DNA of 64,000 nt from Eubacteriales bacterium (GTDB taxonomy: Bacteria > Bacillota > Clostridia > Oscillospirales > CAG-272), in assembly GCA_045611965.1 (NCBI GenBank), contig JAZKYE010000062.1, forward strand, positions 443-64,442. The letters are read 5' to 3'. This document shows positions 54,104 to 61,549 of the stretch, in pieces; position 1 is the stretch's first letter; each line of letters starts with the position of its first letter. Below the pieces are notes generated by a model, which did not search any database, was not told the origin of the DNA, and worked only from the letters and a program-made list of their open reading frames with translations. Position numbers and translations under genes: made by a program.

Positions 54104-56956
54104 TTACAGATAATCCCTGATTTGTGTTTTCACTACCAAAGTATCCTGACTATTTTCGCCAAAGATTTCATCAAGCCTTTCTACGCATTTTGTGCAAAGA
54201 GCGTAGAACTCATCGGCTCTGTCAAAGAACACCGACTCTTTGGCAAGGTCGAGCACATCATATAGCATCGTCGTGAGATTTGATGCGCCGTCAGAGAAGA
54301 GTGCGAAAAGCGAATCAAGCGTCTTATCAAGCGTCTGCTCTGCCTCACTCTGCTGACCGTTATAGAAATACGCGCTTGAAAGAGATGCCATCATCGTAAC
54401 GCGCTTTCCACCCATACCGATAGGGTTGGACGGCATAAGGCTCTCGTACATTGAAATCGCATCAAGGAAGCTTGGAATTGCGACACCGTAATCCTCGTCG
54501 TTAAGATAAACCGTCGCCTTTGAGCCGTAGGCATCGGCAAGCCCCGTCATATACAGCTCGGGGTGCGCCTTCGCTATCTTCTCGTAAATTTCCACCGCGC
54601 GGTTTATATAGCACTTTGCGCTTGCACAGTCGTCGGCATCCATCGCAATCATACACATTCCGTAATTTGCGCTCGCGTCGCATACCACGGCTACACCGTT
54701 GTAATCGGGGTTAGCATCAAAGAAGTCGAGAATATCCTCGTAGGTCGCACGCGCCGTGTCATAATCCTCAAGAAAGAGGTTTGCCGTCGCAAGGTTGATC
54801 CTTGCGGTCATAAGCTTGTCGTAATACACACCGCCCTTCTCTTTGGCGAGAATTCCGTACAGCCTTACCGATTCCTCGCAGGCTTCCTTGGCAAGCTCAT
54901 ACTCGTCAAGCTCAAGATATACTGCGCCGAGGTTGTTATAGGCATCGGCTTGGTTAGGTGTATATGCGTCAGAATTATTCTCGTGAAGCTTCTCGCACAG
55001 CTCTATTGCGCGACGAGATGATTCAATGGATTCGTAAGGCATAAGCATTCTGCGCTGAAGCTCACCGAGGTTAACATAGTTTACCGCGAGCATTGCCGCG
55101 TATGCGTCGAAGGACTCTCTGATAAGTATCTCGTAGCGGCGTATGGATTGGTCAAACGCAGCTCTTGCGGCAAAGGCATCGTTAGTCTGAGCATTCACCA
55201 TAGCAAGGTTAGTGTACGCAACCGCAATGCTTGAGCGATACTGCTCGGGGTTCTTATTCTCAAGCTTTGAGAAAAGGTCAACAGCGACTATTGCGTATTG
55301 CTTTGCGCTCTTTGCGTCGCACATATCGTAGTAGGTTATCGAAAGGTTATTGATGAGCCTTGCGAGAATAGGACCGTAGGTCGAAAAATCGCGCTGTGCA
55401 TCAGGCTTGATGTAACGCACGCCCTCAATGAATGCCTCTACGGCTTCCTTTCTCTTTCCCATTCCAAGGAATGCGCGCCCGAGATTTAACGAGGCAAGAG
55501 CAATATCGCTCTGAACCTTATGACCAAATGATTTTAATATCTTTTTGTAAGCATTTATTGACGAAATAGAGTATTTTAATGCTTTTTCATAGTTGTCAAA
55601 GCTTGCATAAAAGTTGGACAAATGCAGATGGTTAAATGCGTCATCCCAGAGTCTGCTCTTCTCATCCGCCTCGCGCATATCGCATATGCGCTCTATATCC
55701 ATATACACACGCTCTGCCTGCCTGAAGTGCTTATTCTCGCAGTAAAGCGAGCCGAGAAGCCTTGCCGTTCCTACGAGAAGAGCGCGCTCGTCCTTGTTGT
55801 CCTCGTCAAGCCTTTTATAAAGCTGCTTTGCAACCCTTATAGCCTCGTCGTTTCTGCCGTTCTGAAAGAGGAACTCGGCATAGTCATGAACTACCGTTTT
55901 ATCAAGGTCGTGCTTGTATGAAAGCTCGGATGCCTTCTTATACTTATCGCATATCTTTTCAAACGCATCCTTGTCAACACCGCGCGCTCTTTGCGCTTGT
56001 ATCCAGAGCTTGTTTTCTTCAACATAGCCGGAAATCTCTGCCTTTGCGTTCTCTACCCTTTTCTCTGCGACCTCAAGCTCTGCATCACGCTCTTCGTCAT
56101 CAAGCACGCTTTGCGCGCGCTGATAATTACCTGCGTTGAAGAATTCAAGCGCTATCTTCTGTCTGCGCGTAAGCACCCTGCCGTCAGAGGTAAGCTCTGC
56201 TACTGACGATACGAGCGAGAGTGCCTCACCTTCAAGCGCGGTGAGCCTTGCGGATACTCGGTTAACCTCGCTTGCCGCAAGGAAAAATTCGTCCTCGGCG
56301 GCCGCAGTGCGCTCGGAAAAATACCGCTCTCTCGCCACTTTAAGCGTATCCTCAAGACGCGCCCTCTCGGCATATAATGAAGCAAGCTCGTCGTTCTTTG
56401 CGAAAATCGGTATGTTTGCCGTCGAGAGAATATCCTTACCGTCGAGAGTAAGCACACCGTCCTTGATAGCAATTTTATCCTCTGCATCAAGCTTCATCAT
56501 TTTAAGCTGCATAACGATGCCGAGCTTCAGCGTATCAATGTGAGAATATACATTGTAATAATGTCTGTACTCACCGTCGAGCTTTGAAATTATCTCGCCA
56601 AGCGCATCCGACAGAGCCTGCCCCTGCGCGTCGGATTTAAGATATGTAACAATTTTAGGACTTGACTTTTCAGAGAATGCGCGATACGCAACATCAAGCT
56701 CGTGCAGGGTGTATTCCCCCACCTTGCGGTAAAAGAGAAAAATGCAAAGCTCACTGTCCTCAATTTCCTCATCGTACTCGGTCTGCTTTCCCGAAAGTGC
56801 AATAGCGTTGTCATAATCCTCGCATTTAACGAGCGAGATATAAAGCCCCTTGTCGATATAAATCTCGTTAAGCTGACGGATAAAGTCACCTACCGCTATT
56901 CTGTCGTCATTAAGGTCAAGGATAGACGACGCAAGAAATATTTTAATTTTCCTCAT
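54104..56956 (-). CDS. DUF4062 (TIR-like) - coiled coil - TPR repeat protein (~950 aa)
   Basis: The N-terminus KIFLASSILDLNDDRIAVGDFIRQL...SELCIFLFYRKVGEYTLHELDVAY fits the DUF4062 pattern (vFiSSt..DL..eR ... cDlfv.i.g.rYG..T..E...A). A coiled coil of about 200 aa follows. Then come at least 10 TPR-like repeats (e.g. AYNNLGAVYLELDEYELAKEACEESVRLY). No Walker A is present. The start is ATG 56956, or GTG 56962. Confidence 0.65.
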   Translation of the reverse strand: MRKIKIFLASSILDLNDDRIAVGDFIRQLNEIYIDKGLYISLVKCEDYDNAIALSGKQTEYDEEIEDSELCIFLFYRKVGEYTLHELDVAYRAFSEKSSPKIVTYLKSDAQGQALSDALGEIISKLDGEYRHYYNVYSHIDTLKLGIVMQLKMMKLDAEDKIAIKDGVLTLDGKDILSTANIPIFAKNDELASLYAERARLEDTLKVARERYFSERTAAAEDEFFLAASEVNRVSARLTALEGEALSLVSSVAELTSDGRVLTRRQKIALEFFNAGNYQRAQSVLDDEERDAELEVAEKRVENAKAEISGYVEENKLWIQAQRARGVDKDAFEKICDKYKKASELSYKHDLDKTVVHDYAEFLFQNGRNDEAIRVAKQLYKRLDEDNKDERALLVGTARLLGSLYCENKHFRQAERVYMDIERICDMREADEKSRLWDDAFNHLHLSNFYASFDNYEKALKYSISSINAYKKILKSFGHKVQSDIALASLNLGRAFLGMGKRKEAVEAFIEGVRYIKPDAQRDFSTYGPILARLINNLSITYYDMCDAKSAKQYAIVAVDLFSKLENKNPEQYRSSIAVAYTNLAMVNAQTNDAFAARAAFDQSIRRYEILIRESFDAYAAMLAVNYVNLGELQRRMLMPYESIESSRRAIELCEKLHENNSDAYTPNQADAYNNLGAVYLELDEYELAKEACEESVRLYGILAKEKGGVYYDKLMTARINLATANLFLEDYDTARATYEDILDFFDANPDYNGVAVVCDASANYGMCMIAMDADDCASAKCYINRAVEIYEKIAKAHPELYMTGLADAYGSKATVYLNDEDYGVAIPSFLDAISMYESLMPSNPIGMGGKRVTMMASLSSAYFYNGQQSEAEQTLDKTLDSLFALFSDGASNLTTMLYDVLDLAKESVFFDRADEFYALCTKCVERLDEIFGENSQDTLVVKTQIRDYL

Positions 56957-56983
56957 AGCCACCTCTTGTTTTTAATAAAGCGC

Positions 56984-57694
56984 CTACCGCGCGCATTTAA
57001 GCAGCTCTTCGAGCTCGGTGTCGGTAAGGTAGCGCCACTTTCCTCTATCAAGCCCCTCATCGAGTGTGATAGGACCAAAGGTAACGCGCTCAAGCGAGGT
57101 TATTTTGTTATTAACCGAGCCGAGCATTCTTTTTATTTGGTGATACTTTCCCTCTGTGAGAGTTATAATTCCCGAAGTGCGCTCGCTATCCGCCAAAAGC
57201 TCTGCGCTCTTACATACATATCCGTCGGCAAGAACAGCGCCGCGCGAGAAGATTTCCTCACAGTCCGCGCGAAGCGGCTCGGCGCAGGTGAAGCGGTAGG
57301 ATTTCGTCACGTGGCGCTTGGGCGAAAGCCATCTGTGCGCGCTCTGCCCGTCATCGGTAAGAAGCATAAGTCCTACGGTGTCCTTATCAAGCCTGCCAAC
57401 AGGAAAGAGGTCTCTTTCGCGAAGCTCGTCAGGCAGAAGCTCGGTGACGAAGGGATGCGCCTTGTCATCAGTTGCGCTGACGTAGCCCTCGGGCTTGTTC
57501 AGCATCACATAAACATATTTGCGATACTCTATCGCTCTTCCGAAATAGCAAACTCTGTCACGCGCAGGATCTACGTGCGCGGATGCGTCGCGCACGACCT
57601 CACCGTTTACGGTTATGTCACCGTGTTTTGCGGCGCGCGAGGCTTCCTTTCTTGATGCTATCGCCATATCGGATAAAAGCTTATCAATCCTCAT
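56984..57694 (-). CDS. rsuA: Pseudouridine synthase, RsuA/RluB family (S4 domain plus catalytic domain)
   Basis: MRIDKLLSDMAIASRKEASRAAKHGDITVNGE is the S4 domain. The catalytic motif is GRLDKDTVGLMLLTDDG. Start is ambiguous (57694, 57703 or 57715); 57694 gives the typical MRxDK N-terminus. Confidence 0.85.
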   Translation of the reverse strand: MRIDKLLSDMAIASRKEASRAAKHGDITVNGEVVRDASAHVDPARDRVCYFGRAIEYRKYVYVMLNKPEGYVSATDDKAHPFVTELLPDELRERDLFPVGRLDKDTVGLMLLTDDGQSAHRWLSPKRHVTKSYRFTCAEPLRADCEEIFSRGAVLADGYVCKSAELLADSERTSGIITLTEGKYHQIKRMLGSVNNKITSLERVTFGPITLDEGLDRGKWRYLTDTELEELLKCAR

Positions 57695-58613
57695 TGCTCT
57701 CATTATCCGCGGCACACTCGCCGCACTCTTTCCTTTTTATGTTAAAATTAATCTCGCTGACGACAGACGAGCCGACGATAAGAACCGCGCCTATTATCAT
57801 TAGCGGTGTCATGCTCTCACCTATCACTATCGCAGATGCTACGAGCGCGACTATCGGGTCGGTATAGCTGTAAATCGCAACCGTATTTGCAGGAAGTCCG
57901 GTTGATGAGCCGAAATAAAGTATGTATGCAAATCCCGTATGCACGCATCCGATAATAAGGATAGGTATAATCTGCCCTGCCTGAAACGAAAAACCGGAAA
58001 ATCCCCCCGTCAGAAGCACATATGGCACAAGCACCACAGCGCTTACGACGAACTGTGCTGCCGTTTTGGTAAGAGGCTCAATATCCTTCATCTTTTTATT
58101 ACATACTATAATAGCCGCGTATATTATTGCCGCCACAACGCCAAACGCAATTCCCTCATAGGTAATGCCCTCAGCACCGCCATCAATTACCCCCGAAACG
58201 AATACCATACCCAAAAGTGCCGCGGCAATACAGCCGAGCTTTTTTGGCGTGAGGCGTTCCTTAAAGAATATTGGGGATATGCACACGAGAATTATGGGTG
58301 CCAGGTAGTAGGCGAGCGTTGCGGTCTGCACCGTAGTAAGACGGCACGCCTCGAAGAAGGCTATCCAGTTAAGACCGAGCATCGCACCCGAGAGTACAAG
58401 CAGGAATTTATTGCGAAGCGCGCCACAAATATCAGGCTTGCGTCTTAGCACGAGCATAAATAGCGCAATAAATATGAAGCCTATTGCCGAGCGCAAGAGC
58501 GCAATCACGCTTGACGGATACGGCAAAAGCCTCGAAAACAGTCCAACCGTGCCAAAAATCATCATACTGACAATAAGACACGTAAGATTTACTACATAAG
58601 ATTTATTTTTCAC
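57684..58613 (-). CDS. DMT superfamily (EamA-like) transporter
   Basis: 309 aa with about 10 TM helices arranged as two EamA-like halves. Confidence 0.75.
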   Translation of the reverse strand: MKNKSYVVNLTCLIVSMMIFGTVGLFSRLLPYPSSVIALLRSAIGFIFIALFMLVLRRKPDICGALRNKFLLVLSGAMLGLNWIAFFEACRLTTVQTATLAYYLAPIILVCISPIFFKERLTPKKLGCIAAALLGMVFVSGVIDGGAEGITYEGIAFGVVAAIIYAAIIVCNKKMKDIEPLTKTAAQFVVSAVVLVPYVLLTGGFSGFSFQAGQIIPILIIGCVHTGFAYILYFGSSTGLPANTVAIYSYTDPIVALVASAIVIGESMTPLMIIGAVLIVGSSVVSEINFNIKRKECGECAADNESNED

Positions 58614-58889
58614 GAAGGCTGTCCACCTTTTTGAATTCTTTTATTTACGACAATTATACAACTTTATCCGCGCACAGTCAATAACGAAAGCCTCAAAATA
58701 TTTAAAATAAAGAAAAGACATAAATGCTCTTGCTTAAGACGAAAATGAGGTGCGTCAAGATCACTCCTCGCACGCACCATAATTTAATTCTATCATATAA
58801 TCTTTCGTTTGTAAATATGTTTTTGTGTATTTTGCATAATTTCTATATATTGCACAATTTTTTATTGTGAAGTTTTTACAATTTGTCAA

Positions 58890-58919
58890 TAGACACAACG
58901 CTTGACGGTGTGATATACT
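58890..58919 (+). promoter_or_regulatory. Extended -10 sigma-A promoter of the non-coding unit
   Basis: TAGACA (58890-58895), an 18-nt spacer, then TGaTATACT (TG at 58911-12, -10 at 58914-58919). Confidence 0.55.
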
Positions 58920-58930
58920 ATAGGTGCAGA

Positions 58931-59133
58931 GAGGAAGGTACAGTCCAATGGGAAAGTAAAACAAAATCCAAAAACAAAAATCAAGCAAGGAAGGTTCGGT
59001 CCAATGAGAAGTTAACCTAACCCGTCGAAAACAAATAATTCAAGGAAGGTTCACTCCAATGAGAAGGTAGCCCCAAAAATCAAACAGCAGACTATCTTAA
59101 AATCAACAAGGACGGTATAATCCAATGAAAAGT
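58931..59133 (+). repeat. Four tandem imperfect ~27-nt units (consensus CAAGGAAGGU-N4-UCCAAUGAGAAGU) spaced 55-66 nt apart at the 5' end of the ncRNA
   Basis: Units are at 58931-58957 (GAGGAAGGTACAGTCCAATGGGAAAGT), 58986-59012 (CAAGGAAGGTTCGGTCCAATGAGAAGT), 59041-59068 (CAAGGAAGGTTCACTCCAATGAGAAGGT) and 59107-59133 (CAAGGACGGTATAATCCAATGAAAAGT). Confidence 0.85.
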
Positions 59134-59550
59134 TTACTTTAAAACCTCTGTAGGGTGGGCAGACGGTAAAAGAAAATTTCATATCGGAAAGTTGTCGGAA
59201 AGGTTAATCACTAAAAGAAAGGAAAGAGAGCAAAGCTCAAATCGGTGACAACCGTCACCCCGGTGAGGTTACTCAAAGCATCGAAAATCGGTTGGTAGTA
59301 AGAGCTAAACCACGGCGGTGTTACGCATTACATAGATGAAGTAATACGAAGAAAACCAGCTCTTAACCGATAGGTAGAAGCAAAGAGTGCTTCAAAGCTC
59401 CGCAAAATAGAATACTACAAGGAAAGCAGCCTATTCCAGGTTTTGGAAGTAAGATGATTTAAGGATTTCAGCGAGTATGAAAGCAGTAGCGGAGATAGCA
59501 ATACGAAAGTGAGGATTAGTAAAGATGTTAGATATCAAGGATAATCACTG

Positions 59551-59602
59551 ATAGCCCTGAAAGCGCGTGCGTACGAAGCGATTTCAGGGCTATCAGATTT
59601 TT
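59551..59602 (+). terminator. Rho-independent terminator of the ncRNA unit
   Basis: ATAGCCCTGAAA (59551-59562) pairs with TTTCAGGGCTAT (59582-59593), followed by CAGATTTTT. A second small hairpin GGCA-gtata-TGCC plus T7AT5 follows at 59605-59630. Confidence 0.8.
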
Positions 59603-59622
59603 ATGGCAGTATATGCCTTTTT

Positions 59623-60303
59623 TTATTTTTGCACATCTACTATTTTTTCAAGATTATCAAGAATAAATTTCTGCGCCTCTTTGGTAAGGAAAACCGCGGT
59701 GCGTATCTCGCCCGTCGTTTCATCAACGGTATCCTCGGATACAATTCCCACACTTTCCGACATATCGGTGGGAAGATACGCCTTCTCTGATTTAATAACC
59801 GTGATGCGGTCCTCGCGCACATAGCCTGCGTCAGAAAGCCAGCGCATTACCGCCGCCGCGCCGAGATTTTTTACCCCACGGTCGGTTATATGCTTGTTTA
59901 TTCTGGCAACAAAGCCGCCGATGCGTACGGGCTTTTCTGTAAGCGTTATTGCCGCGCGGTCAAGAAATTCGACGGAAAAGGCTCGCTTTTCATATACGGC
60001 AGTAGTGGTTGGCTCTTTCTTCGTCAGCTCACCTATAAGCTCTGCCGCATCGTAAAGCGCCCTTGCTACATCATCCCTTTTAAGAATGGGATCGTCAAGC
60101 AGCTCGCCCGTAATCGGGTCCTTTGATACAGACAAAGCGTAGAGGTAATTTCTTATCGCTTCCGCACGGCACTCGTCATCCCCCTTTGGCATAAGCTCGT
60201 CAGGGTCAGGCGGTATAATCCTATCGCTAACACCGTCAGGTGCTACTACTGCATCAGGAAAGGGCAAGGCGTTTACATCATAAAGTCCGTTATTCATAGG
60301 CAT
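59623..60303 (-). CDS. Hypothetical protein (226 aa), convergent with the ncRNA
   Basis: Clean ORF with an AGAGGAA-type RBS. I recognise no family. Confidence 0.5.
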   Translation of the reverse strand: MPMNNGLYDVNALPFPDAVVAPDGVSDRIIPPDPDELMPKGDDECRAEAIRNYLYALSVSKDPITGELLDDPILKRDDVARALYDAAELIGELTKKEPTTTAVYEKRAFSVEFLDRAAITLTEKPVRIGGFVARINKHITDRGVKNLGAAAVMRWLSDAGYVREDRITVIKSEKAYLPTDMSESVGIVSEDTVDETTGEIRTAVFLTKEAQKFILDNLEKIVDVQK

Positions 60304-60414
60304 TCCTCTTCTCTTTTACTTACAAGTAATTATAACAATTAGCAATTAAAAATTCAAGTGCATTTGCCTTTTCTGATATTTTTTTGTTATATTAAAAATA
60401 TTTTGCAAAAGGTA

Positions 60415-60443
60415 TTGACAAACTCTAACTCTTCTGCTATAAT
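60415..60443 (+). promoter_or_regulatory. Consensus sigma-A promoter of the tRNA pair
   Basis: TTGACA (60415-60420), a 17-nt spacer, then TATAAT (60438-60443). It lies 16 nt before the tRNA-Thr 5' end. Confidence 0.7.
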
Positions 60444-60459
60444 GTTTACTGTTCGGTGT

Positions 60460-60534
60460 GCTGGTGTGGCTCAATGGCAGAGCAGCTGATTTGTAATCAG
60501 CAGGTTGTTGGTTCGACTCCGATCACCAGCTCCA
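60460..60534 (+). tRNA. tRNA-Thr (anticodon UGU), CCA encoded
   Basis: Manual cloverleaf: acceptor GCTGGTG/CACCAGC, D arm GCTC-AATGGCA-GAGC, anticodon arm GCTGA-TTTGTAA-TCAGC, T arm GTTGG-TTCGACT-CCGAT, then discriminator T plus CCA. Confidence 0.85.
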
Positions 60535-60539
60535 TATAG

Positions 60540-60624
60540 GGGGGAATTCCCGAGCGGCCAAAGGGGGCAGACTGTAAATCTGTTGTCATCGACTTCGCTG
60601 GTCCGAATCCAGCTTCCCCCACCA
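60540..60624 (+). tRNA. tRNA-Tyr (anticodon GUA), class II with a long variable arm, CCA encoded
   Basis: Acceptor GGGGGAA/TTCCCCC, anticodon arm GCAGA-CTGTAAA-TCTGT, long variable arm, T arm GCTGG-TCCGAAT-CCAGC, then A plus CCA. Confidence 0.85.
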
Positions 60625-60626
60625 AA

Positions 60627-60665
60627 AAAGCCTAACTTGTTTAATTGACAAGTTAGGCTTTTTTA
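60627..60665 (+). terminator. Rho-independent terminator of the tRNA operon
   Basis: AAAGCCTAACTTGT (60627-60640) pairs with ACAAGTTAGGCTTT (60648-60661), then a T-run to 60665. Confidence 0.85.
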
Positions 60666-60781
60666 ACTAAATCCGCCGTCGCGGAATAAATCTACCAACG
60701 GTTTACATCTCCTCACTAAACCATTGGTAGGTGTACTTTATTTGACATAGCAGTTATACTGTATGTGAAAGGAGGAAGCCT

Positions 60782-61390
60782 ATGAATCAAATTAAAATCG
60801 GAAGATTTATAGCCGAGTGTAGAAAAAAGGCAAACTTAACGCAAATGCAGCTTTCTGAAAAACTGGGCATCACCGATAAAGCCGTATCAAAGTGGGAACG
60901 TGGCGTTGCAATGCCCGATACTTCGATAATGCTTGAACTCTGTGATATTCTTTGTATCAGTGTAAATGAATTATTAAGTGGGGAGAAAATTGATATGGAA
61001 AATAACAATCAGAAAAATGAACAGCTTCTCTTAGATATGGCGAAAGAATTAGAGCAGAAAAACAAAACAATTTGGTCATCTATGTGGGCAATTATGATTA
61101 TAAGTATAACAGTCCTGATTGCAGGTATCTTTATTGCTGCATTTTTGATTCCCGAAGGAGTGTGGCAGCTTGTCACAATTCTTGGGGTTTGCGTCGTGTT
61201 TTTGATACCGTGCTTCTATGCATTAAAGCTTGAGGTCAGTGTGGGTGCTTACAAGTGCAAAAATTGTGGGCACGAAATTGTACCTACCTACAAGCAGGCA
61301 CTTAATGCGATGCATAGAGGAACGACTCGGTACTTAAAGTGCCCTAAATGCAACAAACGCACTTGGTGCAAAAAAGTATTGAAGAAGTAA
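60782..61390 (+). CDS. XRE-family HTH regulator with two TM helices and a C-terminal zinc ribbon
   Basis: IGRFIAECRKKANLTQMQLSEKLGITDKAVSKWERG is the HTH_3 domain. TM segments are IWSSMWAIMIISITVLIAGIFIAAFLI and LVTILGVCVVFLIPCFYAL. The C-terminus has CKNCGHE...CPKCNKRTWC. The gene is visibly more AT-rich than its neighbours. Confidence 0.85.
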   Translation: MNQIKIGRFIAECRKKANLTQMQLSEKLGITDKAVSKWERGVAMPDTSIMLELCDILCISVNELLSGEKIDMENNNQKNEQLLLDMAKELEQKNKTIWSSMWAIMIISITVLIAGIFIAAFLIPEGVWQLVTILGVCVVFLIPCFYALKLEVSVGAYKCKNCGHEIVPTYKQALNAMHRGTTRYLKCPKCNKRTWCKKVLKK

Positions 61391-61427
61391 ATTTCACAGT
61401 TTTTCAACCTGACGGCAGCGAGAAATT

Positions 61428-61449
61428 ACGCAAAAGTTTTGCGTTTTTT
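61428..61449 (+). terminator. Small terminator after the XRE gene
   Basis: CGCAAA (61429-34) pairs with TTTGCG (61438-43) across a 3-nt loop, followed by TTTTTT. Confidence 0.5.
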
Positions 61450-61510
61450 GAATGATATTTGTCTATCGTACAAATGCTTCATTTGCATATTAAGGTAATA
61501 TATAAAACAA

Positions 61511-61549
61511 AAAGGTGCGATATCAAGCAATTGATATCGCACCTTTTAT
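61511..61549. terminator. Bidirectional terminator; it serves the convergent serine dehydratase gene
   Basis: AAAGGTGCGATATCAA pairs with TTGATATCGCACCTTT, a near-perfect palindrome at 61511-61546. Confidence 0.75.

Larger units (their letters stand above)
58926..59602 (+). ncRNA. Candidate large (~680 nt) structured non-coding RNA of unassigned class. ROOL/GOLLD-like genomic context (next to tRNAs) is a possibility only.
   Basis: The track lists no ORF of 60 aa or more within 58989-59566 in any frame. The unit has a promoter upstream and a strong intrinsic terminator at its end. It is purine-rich. Several local helices are visible:
- GGTGAC/GTCACC (59244-59259)
- TAAGAGCT (59299-59306) / AGCTCTTA (59358-59365), enclosing CGCATTAC/GTAATACG
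- GAAGCA/TGCTTC (59377-59393)
- TTCCA/TGGAA (59434-59448). Confidence 0.6.

Noticed and set aside
54104-56962. STAND/NACHT-type NTPase call for the 950-aa TPR protein
   Set aside because: No GxxxxGK[ST] Walker A or hhhhD[DE] Walker B lies between the N-terminal domain and the TPR array. The intervening region looks like a coiled coil.
56702-57655. 317-aa plus-strand ORF
   Set aside because: It is antisense to rsuA (GRLDKDTVGLMLLTDDG on the minus strand) and to the start of the TPR gene. It is a shadow ORF.
58931-59133. Tandem repeats as a CRISPR array or a type III toxin-antitoxin (ToxI-like) antitoxin RNA
   Set aside because: There are only four imperfect copies with a conserved core of about 27 nt and variable 55-66 nt spacing. 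No cas genes are present. No ToxN/AbiQ-like endoribonuclease gene follows; the next gene is convergent. Type III antitoxin repeats are near-identical and contiguous.
58926-59602. Known housekeeping RNAs (RNase P RNA, tmRNA, SRP/scRNA, 6S RNA)
   Set aside because: GAGGAAGGTACAGTCCAATG superficially recalls the RNase P GAGGAAAGUCC box, and AGGAAAGCAGCC recalls the SRP GGAAGCAGCC. Neither matches exactly, and the first occurs four times. There is no tRNA-like 3' end or tag ORF, which rules against tmRNA, and the length does not fit 6S or SRP. The only test was by eye; a covariance-model scan should confirm it.
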